From NCBI GenBank assembly GCA_965221125.1, contig CBDCRW010000004.1:1024001-1088000 (forward strand): DNA of 64,000 nucleotides, read 5' to 3'. Positions 47,201-56,422 of the stretch are shown one piece after another (within the stretch, counting starts at the first letter, position 1; every line of letters begins with the position of its first letter). Source of the DNA: Alphaproteobacteria bacterium (lineage in GTDB: Bacteria; Pseudomonadota; Alphaproteobacteria; UBA828). A program made the translations under genes and the position numbers. Below the pieces are notes generated by a model. It was not told the origin of the DNA, did no database searches, and saw only the letters and a program-made list of their open reading frames with translations.

Positions 47201-47688
47201 TCCAGGAACGCACGGGTTTCAGCGTCGTCGAATGGTATCAGGTAGAACGTCTTGAGTTCGCGGCCATACTCGTTCTCGATCCTCGCGCGGTCCACGGCTT
47301 CGCGCCACTCGGCGCTGCGGCAGGACACCGTGAATTCCGGTTTTCCCGCCCTGACCAGTTGACCCAGCACTGCATCGAGAGCGCTGCCCCGGTCGGGCGA
47401 CGCGATCTCGTCGAGGCCGTCCACATGCACACGTCCGAATTCCGGCAGCAGGGAGCCGGGATCGTCGGCCTTCAGCAGCCTGGCCGCGTGAATGTATGTC
47501 TCGCCATGCTTCTCGCACACTTGGCGCATGAGCGTGGTCTTTCCCATGCCGGCGTCGCCGAGAAGCGCCACCGGATCGTACAGGTTGCCGAGCGCGTTCA
47601 GGTCGATACCCCTGATCTCGCCATCGCAATCCTCTACGAACACTTTCCTTTCGATCCACATCGTCATTGTCTCCTTCGTTGCGTTCAT
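44239..47688 (-). CDS. STAND/NACHT-like NTPase with long helical C-terminus (candidate anti-phage sensor)
   Basis: Walker A LLGDAGMGKTT, Walker B VHVDGLDE, sensor VSCR, NPLNLRLL, winged-helix HRAIAEFLGA. Confidence 0.82.
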   Translation of the reverse strand: MNATKETMTMWIERKVFVEDCDGEIRGIDLNALGNLYDPVALLGDAGMGKTTLMRQVCEKHGETYIHAARLLKADDPGSLLPEFGRVHVDGLDEIASPDRGSALDAVLGQLVRAGKPEFTVSCRSAEWREAVDRARIENEYGRELKTFYLIPFDDAETRAFLEREFPGVEVHALLEKLESRALIRACMNPLNLRLLGEIARAGGGIPRNRAELFAQGCRAMLAHDASPGIVPAVRSDGDELLLASGAICATLLLCDLMGVHDGNVAETPAGFLNVSDVRGLPFAGAAADALGTRLFQADGEGRFSCLHRAIAEFLGAAWLSRCVAEGPTGGGILSLFDSGGSVPAALRGLHAWIARLSPALAARCLAADPHAVLREGEMETLAPDRARTLLAALKERSGEDPCFDAEDRGVHRGSGLMRRELKDDIVGVLAEPGPHAQLSAFLIEAMGGTDLSGEDGRLLEGILFDRDRDYRERAAAFWSLDANAPADDEAAALRLLDLGDAGSARLACEILGSLELDDGTARWSPSAGRMEAKPGGEDDTEPQAAASSRREPFGALDTARLAALLDFIAEGAPAALAEAEDWQRETLTDMGRHLAARVLEADPAVAADRVWAWIRWTGEAGAAAPRERLAEIFGRERALRAAVLEHALTTPRPGSVRSACLELRKTGLGIGAAAADHDELAEALRIRSENGSIDPETWRGIIEAARPVLHNAGLVSGGPALSLAALQNARDRDGGSGAGTAVQVHRQAHRAALAGQADSIAAGDFRVLALPAAVYLGRFDRLGENVNGDPSLAPRERLRDFLGEDLCERVLNGFVAVLGRTELPHASAIAQIHCAGNEHEAEAPLICGVDVALQRGLPLDTIGRAALDAAYMAWRRVPMSVSGGQIDIEFALREMVFTGVEDMERHFRASIEPQLACNAEFVRELDSLGGDYGSGFHELAGRLSLEWLRAYPRLHGQAQRELMTCALEDAPRDAVRRLIVDCRDRVHRDECAKLSWLSMACVVDLEGCRDALLDAAENSPDFIAFVRERIGSAFLFGEVPLDTLRFVVEVFGTRWPRMVQWPGSGRTGGGWNDPGGASAFIERTIHAIASRPEPEAEDVLKSLIDNHAPSYADTAKEALAFQRMTRRAHEHEIPTVAELQALIMDAPD

Positions 47689-47839
47689 GTTTCGCGCATC
47701 GGGTCCGCGCTGCGCTCCACTTCCAGGCCATCGGGCCGTTGCCCGCGCGCGGGTGCAGGCTGTTCTCTCCTTGCGGACCGGAGCTTTCGCAGCCGCCGTT
47801 GGGCCTGGCGATCCGATCGCCGGCGCCGCTCCCGGGGCA

Positions 47840-50342
47840 TCAGAGCTCTAGCTCCAGTCCGAGTTCCATTTCGAGGGGCTTGTCCCGCGCAGGCTGCGGG
47901 GGCCGGCGATCGCGGGTTTCCCCGTCCTTTCCGCCCCGTTCGGCCGGCGAACGGGACGGCGCGGCGTGCTCGGCTGCCGGCCTTGCGGCGGCATTGCCGG
48001 GCGTTTCGGCGCCCTTCGCCGGCGCGTCCGGCGCGACGGCCTCCAGCGCAGCGATCCGCTCGCCGGTGGTGGTCTCAAGCTGCTCCCGCAGCCTTGCCGC
48101 GTCGTCCGTCACCAGTTCCGCGCGATAGCGGGCCCGGCTGATCTCCACGTAGAAGCTCTTGGCCGTGGTCAGGTGAGGGTGGCCGGCCTCCATCGCCGCG
48201 ATCACGCTGTCCACCGTGCGCCCCTGGAACGCGTGCACCGTAGACGCGTGGGCGTGATCGAGGTGGCGCAGCTGCGGATCGCCGGGGCCCAGCACCAGCG
48301 CGCGCCCGTCCTCCAGCCGGAACGAGACGCGGCCGTCCACGACCGAGACCACCTCCGCAGTCCGGCTGTTGACGAGCCCGAGGTCCCTGTCGTTGCGGGT
48401 CCAGCGCACGCGGTCGCCCGCGCGCAGCTCGACCGGTTCGACGCGGTACGCCTCGCTCCCGCCGTGACGGCCTGCCACGTGGCCGGGCTTCCAGGCGACG
48501 GTGCCGCCGTGTGCGTCCGCCAGCACCACGGTGTGGCTGCGGCGGTCCACCTCGAGCACCCTGCGCTCGTCGCCCTTGCCGACGCCGAGCCGCCTGTAGG
48601 GGCGGTGGAAGGCCACGACATCGCCCGGCGCATAGTTGGCGGCGAGCGCCTTCTCGGCCCGCGTGTAGCCTCGGGAGACCAGCTGCTCGCCCTGGAACGC
48701 CGGACCGTGGATCGCGCCCTCTCTCGCGAGCCGCTCCCTGATATGCCCGTTGATGGCGACGCGAAGCTCGTGGCTCGGCGCCATCACGCCGGTGTTCTCA
48801 CGCTCGTCGGGCGAGAGCCTGAGCCAGCGGGCGGCGACGGCGCCCGCGATGTTGTCCGCCTTCACCTCCGCCACGGCCGGCCCCAGCTTCTCGAAGGCCT
48901 TGCGGATGTCGCCCGCGACGCTGGCCTCGACCGCCTCCTTCAGCGCAGGTTCGCGCTGGCGCATGATCTCGTCCATCACCGCCGTCCGCATGCCCGCCCG
49001 CTGCAGCTGGGCGAAGGGCTTGCCGGCATCGACGGCGTCGAGCTGCTTCTCGTCGCCGACCAGTACGACCCTGGGAATGCGCAGTGTGGCGGCGATCCTG
49101 AGCAGGTCGCGCGCCTGCACGGTGGACGCGAGAGAGCCCTCGTCCACCACCAGCACGGTCTTCGAGAAGGCGTCGCGCATGTGGCGGGCGCCCCGTCGCG
49201 TGAGCCTGCCCCCGGCGATGCCCGCGTTGCGGGCGAGAAAGCCCTGCAGGGTCTCGCTCTCAATGCCCGACTCCGTGGCCAGCGTCTGCACCGCCGAAGC
49301 GGACGGCGCGAGGCCGAGCATGCGGTAGCCGCTCTTCTCCGCGAGCGCACGCGCCCGGTTGAGCATGGCGGTCTTGCCGGTGCCGGCGTAGCCCTGGACG
49401 CCCACGACCCGGTCCTTCGACGAGAGGATCGCGGTGACGGCCTGTTTCTGGCCGTCGGTGAGCGGCCCGTTGTTCAGGTGCTGGTGCACCTTGCGGCGCC
49501 GCATCAGAACCTGTCCCCTGTCCCGGCCAGTGCGCATGAGGCCGATGGTCTCCCGCTCGTCGGCGATCGCGGTATCGGTGGTCAGGCCCTCGCCACCGGC
49601 AAATGCAGGAGCGGCATGCAGGCGACCGTCGCGCTGGAGAGCGTCGATGGCCTGTCCGGCGGCCTCGGCGGAAACGGCGCCGGGCTTCCAGGCGAGAGCT
49701 GCGGCCAGCAGGTCCGAACGCGCAAACACCGCCTCGCGTTCGCAGACGTGTTCCGTCGCCCAGGACACCGCCTGCATTGCCGGGCCGGCGCCGCGTGCCG
49801 GATCCCTGGCGGGTCCCCGGTTCGTTTCTCCGGCCCCGGCAACGTTCCGGTCACGGGCGACCTCGGCCTTCGGCACCTCCGCATCGACGGCAGGCGAGAG
49901 GCGGCGCCGGGCCGCTTCGGCCACCGCATCGGGCGAGAAGCCAAGCGACGCCGCCTGTTCGCGCCAGCTCGCCTGAAGCGCCTCCCTGTCCACCTCGCGC
50001 TTGTGGGCGCGCGTCATCAGCGCCGCGCGCTCGGCCAGCTGCGGATTGCTCGCCGTATCGCCGAGGCCCCGGGCCTCCATCGCAGCCTCGATCTCCGCAC
50101 GCCTCGTCGAGAAGGCCTCGACGATCCCGCGGGGCACACCCGCGATCTCGAAGCGCCCGTCGGCGTGCGTCTTCTCGATGCCGTAGCCGAGAGCCGCCAG
50201 CTCCCGTGCCAGCTCGCTCCGGTACACCATGCCGATCAGCTTCTGGCGCCGGTAGAGCGGCTCGTTCGACATCGTCCGCCATTTTCCGTCGTCGCCCTGC
50301 ACCATGTTGGCGACCACGGCATGGGTATGGAGCTGGGGGTCG
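47840..50342 (-). pseudogene. trwC: MOBF relaxase-helicase (TrwC/TraI), 3' part after the insertion
   Basis: DPQLHTHAVVANM, FEIAGVP..FSTRRAEI, helicase motifs VQGYAGTGKT, VVDEGS, LVGDEKQL, HAHASTVHAFQGRT, FYVEISRAR. Confidence 0.92.
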
Positions 50343-50392
50343 GCACCAGGCTTTCAACTGCACGTCGTTCATGCGTTGAGCAGCAACGCTTT

Positions 50393-50701
50393 GTGGTGAC
50401 GCACCCGTTTCATCCTCTTCTCGGACGTGAGTTCGAACTGATCGAGACCACGTCGATGCTTGGGGTGGGGCTGGTCCATTACACGGCTGACGACGGGACG
50501 CTGCGCACGATTCGTCAGGCTTTTACCAGCGTTGCAGCGGTGGATCCGTTTGCGCGGGTAGCGGCGGGCCGGTCGGCGTTCCGTGTCTCGGATCTGCTGA
50601 CGTTGTCGGCGTTGCTGGATGGCTTGGGCGGCGGCGAGAGGGTTGGAAAGGAGGCGGCCGGCGGCGCGAGCGGTGTCAAGGAGATTTTGCCGCATGTGTA
50701 A
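50393..50701 (+). CDS. Small accessory protein (DUF5372/Y4bD-like)
   Basis: VVTHPFHPLLGREF...DPF..AAGRSAFRVSDLL; corresponds to the 3' end of track ORF 47966-50701. Confidence 0.7.
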   Translation: MVTHPFHPLLGREFELIETTSMLGVGLVHYTADDGTLRTIRQAFTSVAAVDPFARVAAGRSAFRVSDLLTLSALLDGLGGGERVGKEAAGGASGVKEILPHV

Positions 50702-50883
50702 GAGCGTTTTTGTCCATACCTGGCGGTCGGAGGTTGTCGTATGGACTGGAAGGGCGGTCATGATCGACCAATATACACGGTATTTCGGCCTGTTTTCGTC
50801 GATATGGGGCAAGAAAGGGTTTGATGCGATGCCAGGGGTGTGCATAAATATACTTACATTCCTCCGCCGCCGGAGCCCACGCA

Positions 50884-51345
50884 ATGGCCAGACGCCCCGC
50901 CGACGCCAAGACCCGCTCCCTCAAGGAGCACGGCTGCCTCAACCCGAACGCGGAGACGGTGCGCGACGAGCTGTTCCTGTCCAACGCGTTCTTCGACCCG
51001 CGCGACCTGGTCCAGGTCAGGTACGAGATGCTGCGCCGTGTGCGCGAGGACGGCGTGCCGGTGAGCCACGCCGCGGCCAGCTTCGGCGTCTCGCGGCCCA
51101 CCTGGTACCAGGCGCAGCGCGCCTACGATGCGGGCGGGCTGCCGGGCCTGCTGCCGGAGAAGCCGGGACCCCGCCGACGCCACAAGCTCAGCGACGAGGT
51201 GGTCGAGGCGCTGCTCGCGGCGAAGAGCGAACAGCCGGAGTTGACCGCCGCCGCGCTGGTCGATCTGGTGCGCGCGCGCTTTGGCATCACCATCCATCGC
51301 CGCAGCATCGGCCGCATGCTCGCGCAGGTAAAAAAAAGCCGATGA
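50884..51345 (+). CDS. Helix-turn-helix protein of the recombinase element
   Basis: FFDPRDLVQVRYEMLR, AAASFGVSRPTWY, GLLPEKPGPR, IHRRSIGR. Confidence 0.85.
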   Translation: MARRPADAKTRSLKEHGCLNPNAETVRDELFLSNAFFDPRDLVQVRYEMLRRVREDGVPVSHAAASFGVSRPTWYQAQRAYDAGGLPGLLPEKPGPRRRHKLSDEVVEALLAAKSEQPELTAAALVDLVRARFGITIHRRSIGRMLAQVKKSR

Positions 51346-51644
51346 AGTGCCGGCCGCCGCTCGCCGGGCTGCTCCCGCTGGAACATTCCGCCTATGGGGA
51401 CGGCTACGAGCGGCTGCGCCGTCATGCGGTCGAGCCCGGCACAGAGCACAACCGTCACGGGCTTGCCGTGGTGGCGTTGCGCGGCGTCGCGGCCTGGCTG
51501 CACGCCGTGGCCGAGTTGCCCGCCCCGCCGGCCGCCGTTTGCGCCGGCGCCTCGACCGAGCCGCTGCCCGGCGGGGTCGAGAAGTCGCTGATCGACATTC
51601 TTCTCGCGATGCTCAAGGGCCATATGGAAGGAGAGTTGGCATGA
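51342..51644 (+). CDS. Hypothetical accessory protein (100 aa)
   Basis: ATGA overlaps at both ends; YERLRRHA...GLAVVALRGVAAWL. Confidence 0.7.
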   Translation: MKCRPPLAGLLPLEHSAYGDGYERLRRHAVEPGTEHNRHGLAVVALRGVAAWLHAVAELPAPPAAVCAGASTEPLPGGVEKSLIDILLAMLKGHMEGELA

Positions 51645-53716
51645 GCACTGCCTATCAGAAGGTGAGCGCGAACCACCTGAGCCGCGATGCTTACCTGTAC
51701 GTGCGTCAGTCCACCGTGCGCCAGGTGTTCGAACATGGCGAGAGCACGCGCCGCCAGTACGCGCTGCGCGAGCGGGCCGTGGCCCTGGGCTGGCCGACCG
51801 AGAACGTCGTCGTGATCGATTGCGATCAGGGCCTGTCCGGCGCCGACAAGGACCGCGAAGGCTTCCAGCGTCTGGTCGCCGACGTCAGCTTGGGCCGGGC
51901 CGGGATCGTGCTCGGGCTCGAGGTGTCAAGGCTCGCGCGCAATTCCACCGAGTGGCATCGGCTGGTCGAGATCTGTGACCTGAGCGAGACGCTGATCCTC
52001 GACGAGGACGGCCTCTACAATCCAGGAGACTTCAACGACAGGCTCCTGCTCGGGCTCAAAGGGACCATGTCGGAAGCGGAGCTGCACATGATGCGCGCCC
52101 GGCTGCGCGGTGGGACGCTGAACGCGGCCAAGCGTGGGGAGTTGAAGTTGCCGCTGCCGGTGGGACTGGTCTATGACCCGCTCGGCAACGTGGTGCTCGA
52201 CCCCGACGAACAAGTGCAGCATAGCCTGCGCCTGTTCTTCGATACCTTCACCCGGCTCGGCTCGGCTAATGCCACGGTCAAGTATTTCAGGGCCGAGAAC
52301 CTGCTTTTCCCCTACCGTCCTCTCCACGGGCCGCACAAGGGCGAGCTGCATTGGAAGCCGCTGAGGTTCGCGCGGGCACTGCGAGTGCTGCGCAATCCGC
52401 GATACGCCGGCGCTTACGCGTACGGGCGCAGCCGCAGCCGGCGGCGTCCCGGCGGCGGTGTCGAGACCCAACGTCTGCCACGTGAGGAATGGATGGTGGA
52501 GCTGCGCGATGCGCACCCGGGCTACATCACCTGGGAGCGGTTCGAACAGAACGAGAGCCAGCTTCGCGACAACAATGCTGCCCGAGCGCGCGGCGCGGAG
52601 CGCCGCCCTCCCCCACGCGAGGGGCCGGCACTGCTGCAGGGACTGGCTGTCTGCGGCGTGTGCGGCCGGAGCATGGGGGTGCGCTACTACAAGCAAAAAT
52701 CAAAGGAGCTGCACCCCTACTACCTGTGCAGCCATGAAGGTGCGCAGACGGCGAGCGCCTGGTGTCAGAGCATCCCCGGCGCTGCCATCGACCGCGCGGT
52801 CGGCGAGTTGCTGGTGGAGCTGATGACGCCGTTGACGCTGGAGGTGGCGTTGCAGGTGCAGGACGAACTCACCGCGCGCGCCGAGGAGGCCGATCTGTGG
52901 CGCGCTCAGCGAGTGCAGCGCGCCCGCGAGGAAGCGGACCTGGCGCGGCAGAGGTTCATGCAGACCCATCCCGACAACCGGATAGTAGCCGACGTGCTGG
53001 AGGCGGAGTGGAACGCGAAGCTTCGGACGCTGGACGAGGCGCAGCGAGAGCTCGAGCGCAGCCGCGCGGATCCGGGCCAGGGGTTGGACGAAGGGCAACG
53101 CAAGCGAATCCTCGCGCTGGCCAGCGACTTCCCCCGCCTGTGGAACGATCCTGCGACGCCGCACCGCGAGCGCAAGCGGATGGCGCGGCTGCTGATCGAG
53201 GACGTGACGCTGACCAGGGCCACGCGGAGCCTGGGGGTGCGTCTGCGCGGCGGCGCGACCCGCCAGCTCACCTGGGCGCCGGATCCTCTCGGATGTGAGA
53301 CCTTCAAGACCAAGGCCGAGATCGTCGCCGAGGTCGACAGCCTGTTGAACGACCACAACTATGGCGAGATCGCCAAAATCCTCAACGAGCGCGGATACCG
53401 AAGCGGTTACGGCCACGCCTTTACCCCGAAGTTGGTGGGGGTGCTGCGAGCGAACTACGCTCTCAAGCCACGCTATGAACGGCTGCGCGATCGCGGGCTG
53501 TTGACGGTCAACGAGGCCGCCGAGCGCCTCGCGGTCTCCGTCGGCACAGTCAACCAATGGCGCAAGGCCGGGCTCTTGCGCGGACACGCCTACACCGGCG
53601 GATCCGACTACTTGTACGAGATTCCCGACCCTCCGCCGACCAAACAACCGGGGCGAAAGCTGTCTCTGCGCAAACCGAGCTGCAACCTTGCCCCCACAGG
53701 AATAGATGAGGTGTAG
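51641..53716 (+). CDS. Large serine recombinase (resolvase, recombinase, zinc ribbon, C-terminal HTH)
   Basis: AYLYVRQST catalytic Ser, DQGLSG, EVSRLAR, LLGLKGTMSEAEL, LRNPRYAGAY, LLQGLAVCGVCG. Confidence 0.95.
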   Translation: MSTAYQKVSANHLSRDAYLYVRQSTVRQVFEHGESTRRQYALRERAVALGWPTENVVVIDCDQGLSGADKDREGFQRLVADVSLGRAGIVLGLEVSRLARNSTEWHRLVEICDLSETLILDEDGLYNPGDFNDRLLLGLKGTMSEAELHMMRARLRGGTLNAAKRGELKLPLPVGLVYDPLGNVVLDPDEQVQHSLRLFFDTFTRLGSANATVKYFRAENLLFPYRPLHGPHKGELHWKPLRFARALRVLRNPRYAGAYAYGRSRSRRRPGGGVETQRLPREEWMVELRDAHPGYITWERFEQNESQLRDNNAARARGAERRPPPREGPALLQGLAVCGVCGRSMGVRYYKQKSKELHPYYLCSHEGAQTASAWCQSIPGAAIDRAVGELLVELMTPLTLEVALQVQDELTARAEEADLWRAQRVQRAREEADLARQRFMQTHPDNRIVADVLEAEWNAKLRTLDEAQRELERSRADPGQGLDEGQRKRILALASDFPRLWNDPATPHRERKRMARLLIEDVTLTRATRSLGVRLRGGATRQLTWAPDPLGCETFKTKAEIVAEVDSLLNDHNYGEIAKILNERGYRSGYGHAFTPKLVGVLRANYALKPRYERLRDRGLLTVNEAAERLAVSVGTVNQWRKAGLLRGHAYTGGSDYLYEIPDPPPTKQPGRKLSLRKPSCNLAPTGIDEV

Positions 53717-53730
53717 TATGAAGCGTACTC

Positions 53731-54218
53731 TCGAGGTTGCGCGAGACCTCGTGCCTGAACGTTGCGGCCACCATCTTCTGGCCGCCCGTGTGAACGAGCA
53801 GCCCGCTCTCGGGATCCCTGATGCGGGTCTGGATCGTCGAGGCCTCCAGCCAGGCGAGCGTGCGCCGCACCGCGGCGTCGTGGGCCGCCGCGACGGCCGC
53901 GTCGCCGCCCAGCATGGCCACGATGGAGACGGACTTGGGCGCCGAGAAGGTGAGGTCCCGCCCTGGGCGGTGCGTGACGCTCCCGTCCCTTTCTCGGCGC
54001 CCGAGCCGGCGCCCCGTGCCGTCGGGCACCGTGCCCTCCATGACGTCCTGGAACACGCCGGGCTCGACGGGGCCGCGAAGCTCCAGCGCCTCGGCGCCCC
54101 GGCCCGCCCAGGCGCTGGCGTCGAGGTGCCGGGAATCGCCCTTCGCGTAGTATCCGTCCCGCTCGAAGTACGACACGCCCTGGGCGGCGGAGGCGATCGC
54201 GCCGATGGAGACGACCAT
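53731..54218 (-). pseudogene. trwC: MOBF relaxase, 5' part before the insertion
   Basis: SYFERDGYY catalytic tyrosines, HRPGRDLTFSAPKSVS, AHDAAV, FRHEVSRNL; start overlaps the coupling-protein stop. Confidence 0.92.
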
Positions 54219-56422
54219 CACTGCCAGTCCAGCGTCTCGTCATCGGACCGGCCGCCGGCCGCACCGCCCCGGGCGTCCGTCCCGCCTGCCGCTTCAGCCG
54301 TTAGTTCTCCGGACGGGTCCGCCGTCGAGCCGGCCGTCGGCCCGTATCCTTCGAAGAGCCATTCCGGCTCGCCGTCCAAGTCGTTGGCCGGGGCCGGCAG
54401 GGGCTCTCCGCCGCCTGCCCACTCCAGCGCGCTCAGATCGGCTGCCCGGTCGACGTCTTCCTGCCCGCCGAACGCAACTGCGGCGCTATCGGCGGCCGGC
54501 GGTCTTCCCGCTCCGCCGGTCCGCTCCCTCGGCATGGCCGTCTTCGCCGCCGGCGTTTCTTCGCCCGGGACGTCCGGCGCCGCCGGCGAATCGGTCCGCC
54601 GGTCGACCGCCGCCGGGACCGCCCTGTCGCCGGCATCGTTCGCCGCCCGGGCCTGCGGCCCGGCACCGCCCGTCACCGGCTCCGCCTTCGGCATGAACCG
54701 GCCGGCCTTCACAGGCCGCTTCCTGTACTTGAGCCTGATCCTGGCGATCGGCCAGCGTCCGGGGAACTTGAGGTATCCCGACAGCTTCTCCAGACGGGTC
54801 ACGTCGGAGGGCAGCACCAGGGAGCGCTGGTCGCGCCGCGTGCTGAGCGTCACACCGTCCCTGGGCGTGTCGTAGCTGACGCCCTCCGACAGCGACTCGA
54901 CCTCTTCCCGCCCCAGGCTCTCCGCGGACCACTCGGACGTGTCCTTGTCGGTCGCTGCGAGAACCACGCGGGTGCCGCAGAGGCCCGAAATCGTCTCCGC
55001 CCCGTCGCGCCCGTAGAGGTCCCGCAAGGCTGAGAACACTTGAACGCCCAGCACGAAGCAGCCACCGAACTGACGACTCTCCGCAAGGCCAGGACGGAGG
55101 GAAGGAAGCTGGTACAGCGTCGGAAGCTCGTCCAGGATCACCCAGATGCGGCGCCCTTCGTCGCCTGGTAGCGAAAGCAGCGCGTTCACCGCGATCTCCA
55201 ACCAGGTGGAGATCAGGCCCCGCAGGCTCGCGTGCTGGTCGCCCCTCGACGTTAGGAACAGGAAGCCGCCGCCTTCCTCGCTCTCGATCCACTCACGGAT
55301 GGAGAACGGTTCGCCCTCGTCGGAGAGCAGGTCCATGGCGCCGATGTTGGCGGTGAGCATGGCGCGCACCGAGAGCGCGGTCTTCGGGTTGGCGGGATCC
55401 ACGATGGACTGCGCCACGGTGCCCTCCATGGCCTCCGCGAGCTCGTTGAGCTCGGTCTTCAGCAGAAGGTTCACCAGCACCCGGTTCCGGGTCTCGCCGC
55501 GCTGCCAGAGCACTGCGGCGCCGCGTGAGAAGAGCTGGCGTGCGGCGGTAATCCAGAAGGGATCGGCCGCATCCTTCTGGCGGGGGATGAGCGCGTCCGC
55601 CATGGTATCGAAATCCCGTGCGGTGCGGGCTTCGAGGAAGGGCGACCAGCGGGGTGCGCGCCTGTCGAGAGGGTTGAGCAGCACGTCGCGTGTCTCGTCG
55701 AAGAAGGTCTCCGTGTAGGAACCCATCTTGTCGTAGACGATGCAGCGCTCGCCCCTCTTCCTGATCTGCTCGACGAGGTCGGAGATGAGCACGGTCTTTC
55801 CCGAGCCTGTGGTACCGGAGACGATCGTGTGCTGCGTCTCCGCTTCCCCGGGCCAGGGGATGCCGGCGATCGAATAGGGCCTGGCTTCGGGCGGCCTGAA
55901 CCGAAGCAGGGCACGGTGCCGCAGTGGCATCGCACGCCGCCTGAGCGCATTCGCGCTCACCAGCTCGCCGCCGCGCAGGCGGCGCCCCCTTCGAAGCCCG
56001 CCGCCCAACGCGCGGAGCCCGAGAAGAACGGCCGTGACCAGGCCAGCGGCAATGCCGGTGCCGAGCAGGGCGGCGTACAGCACATCGCCGATTATCCGAT
56101 CGCGCAGTTCATGGAAGGGCTCGAACCCGGAGATGTCCCCGATGGTGGTGACGTAGACCTCGCCCTCTTCGGTGCGCACCTTCTTGGTCTTGTCCGGCTT
56201 GTAGCCGGCGGCGAGAAGGAACTCGGAGAGCGCGAACACGCCCATGAGGTGCCACTCGTATGAGGAGGCTGCGTTCCATGTCTTCCAGGTCCCGGCGGCA
56301 AGGCCTGCGAGAAAGGCGATGACGACGACGAGGCTGGTGATGCGGTTCCAGGTACGCACGCTGCGGGCTGCGACCCGGAGGCCGCGCCCTGTGTCTCCGC
56401 CGGCGCCGGTCATGGCGCGCAC
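54218..56422 (-). CDS. traD: Type IV coupling protein (TraD/TrwB family)
   Basis: N-terminal TMs, Walker A SGTTGSGKT, LNPLDRR, WVILDELPTL, ESRQFGGCFVLG. Confidence 0.93.
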   Translation of the reverse strand: MRAMTGAGGDTGRGLRVAARSVRTWNRITSLVVVIAFLAGLAAGTWKTWNAASSYEWHLMGVFALSEFLLAAGYKPDKTKKVRTEEGEVYVTTIGDISGFEPFHELRDRIIGDVLYAALLGTGIAAGLVTAVLLGLRALGGGLRRGRRLRGGELVSANALRRRAMPLRHRALLRFRPPEARPYSIAGIPWPGEAETQHTIVSGTTGSGKTVLISDLVEQIRKRGERCIVYDKMGSYTETFFDETRDVLLNPLDRRAPRWSPFLEARTARDFDTMADALIPRQKDAADPFWITAARQLFSRGAAVLWQRGETRNRVLVNLLLKTELNELAEAMEGTVAQSIVDPANPKTALSVRAMLTANIGAMDLLSDEGEPFSIREWIESEEGGGFLFLTSRGDQHASLRGLISTWLEIAVNALLSLPGDEGRRIWVILDELPTLYQLPSLRPGLAESRQFGGCFVLGVQVFSALRDLYGRDGAETISGLCGTRVVLAATDKDTSEWSAESLGREEVESLSEGVSYDTPRDGVTLSTRRDQRSLVLPSDVTRLEKLSGYLKFPGRWPIARIRLKYRKRPVKAGRFMPKAEPVTGGAGPQARAANDAGDRAVPAAVDRRTDSPAAPDVPGEETPAAKTAMPRERTGGAGRPPAADSAAVAFGGQEDVDRAADLSALEWAGGGEPLPAPANDLDGEPEWLFEGYGPTAGSTADPSGELTAEAAGGTDARGGAAGGRSDDETLDWQ

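Larger units (their letters stand above)
50343..53730 (+). mobile_element. 3.4-kb serine-recombinase integrative element (four genes) inserted in the relaxase
   Basis: Flanked by TCG at 50340-42 and 53731-33; imperfect terminal inverted repeats gctttcaactgcacgtc / gaggtgtagtatgaagc; removal restores SRNL-DPQLHTH in frame. Confidence 0.92.

Noticed and set aside
44062-48141. 1,359-aa + strand ORF
   Set aside because: Antisense shadow of the STAND NTPase; Arg/Pro-rich with no motifs, as expected in high-GC DNA.
47966-50392. 911-aa + strand ORF 47966-50701
   Set aside because: Antisense to the relaxase; only its last ~100 codons (50393-50701) look like a real gene of the inserted element.
51347-51640. 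N-terminal extension of the recombinase in the ORF track
   Set aside because: ATG 51641 has an RBS (ggagag), overlaps the upstream stop and directly precedes the catalytic domain.
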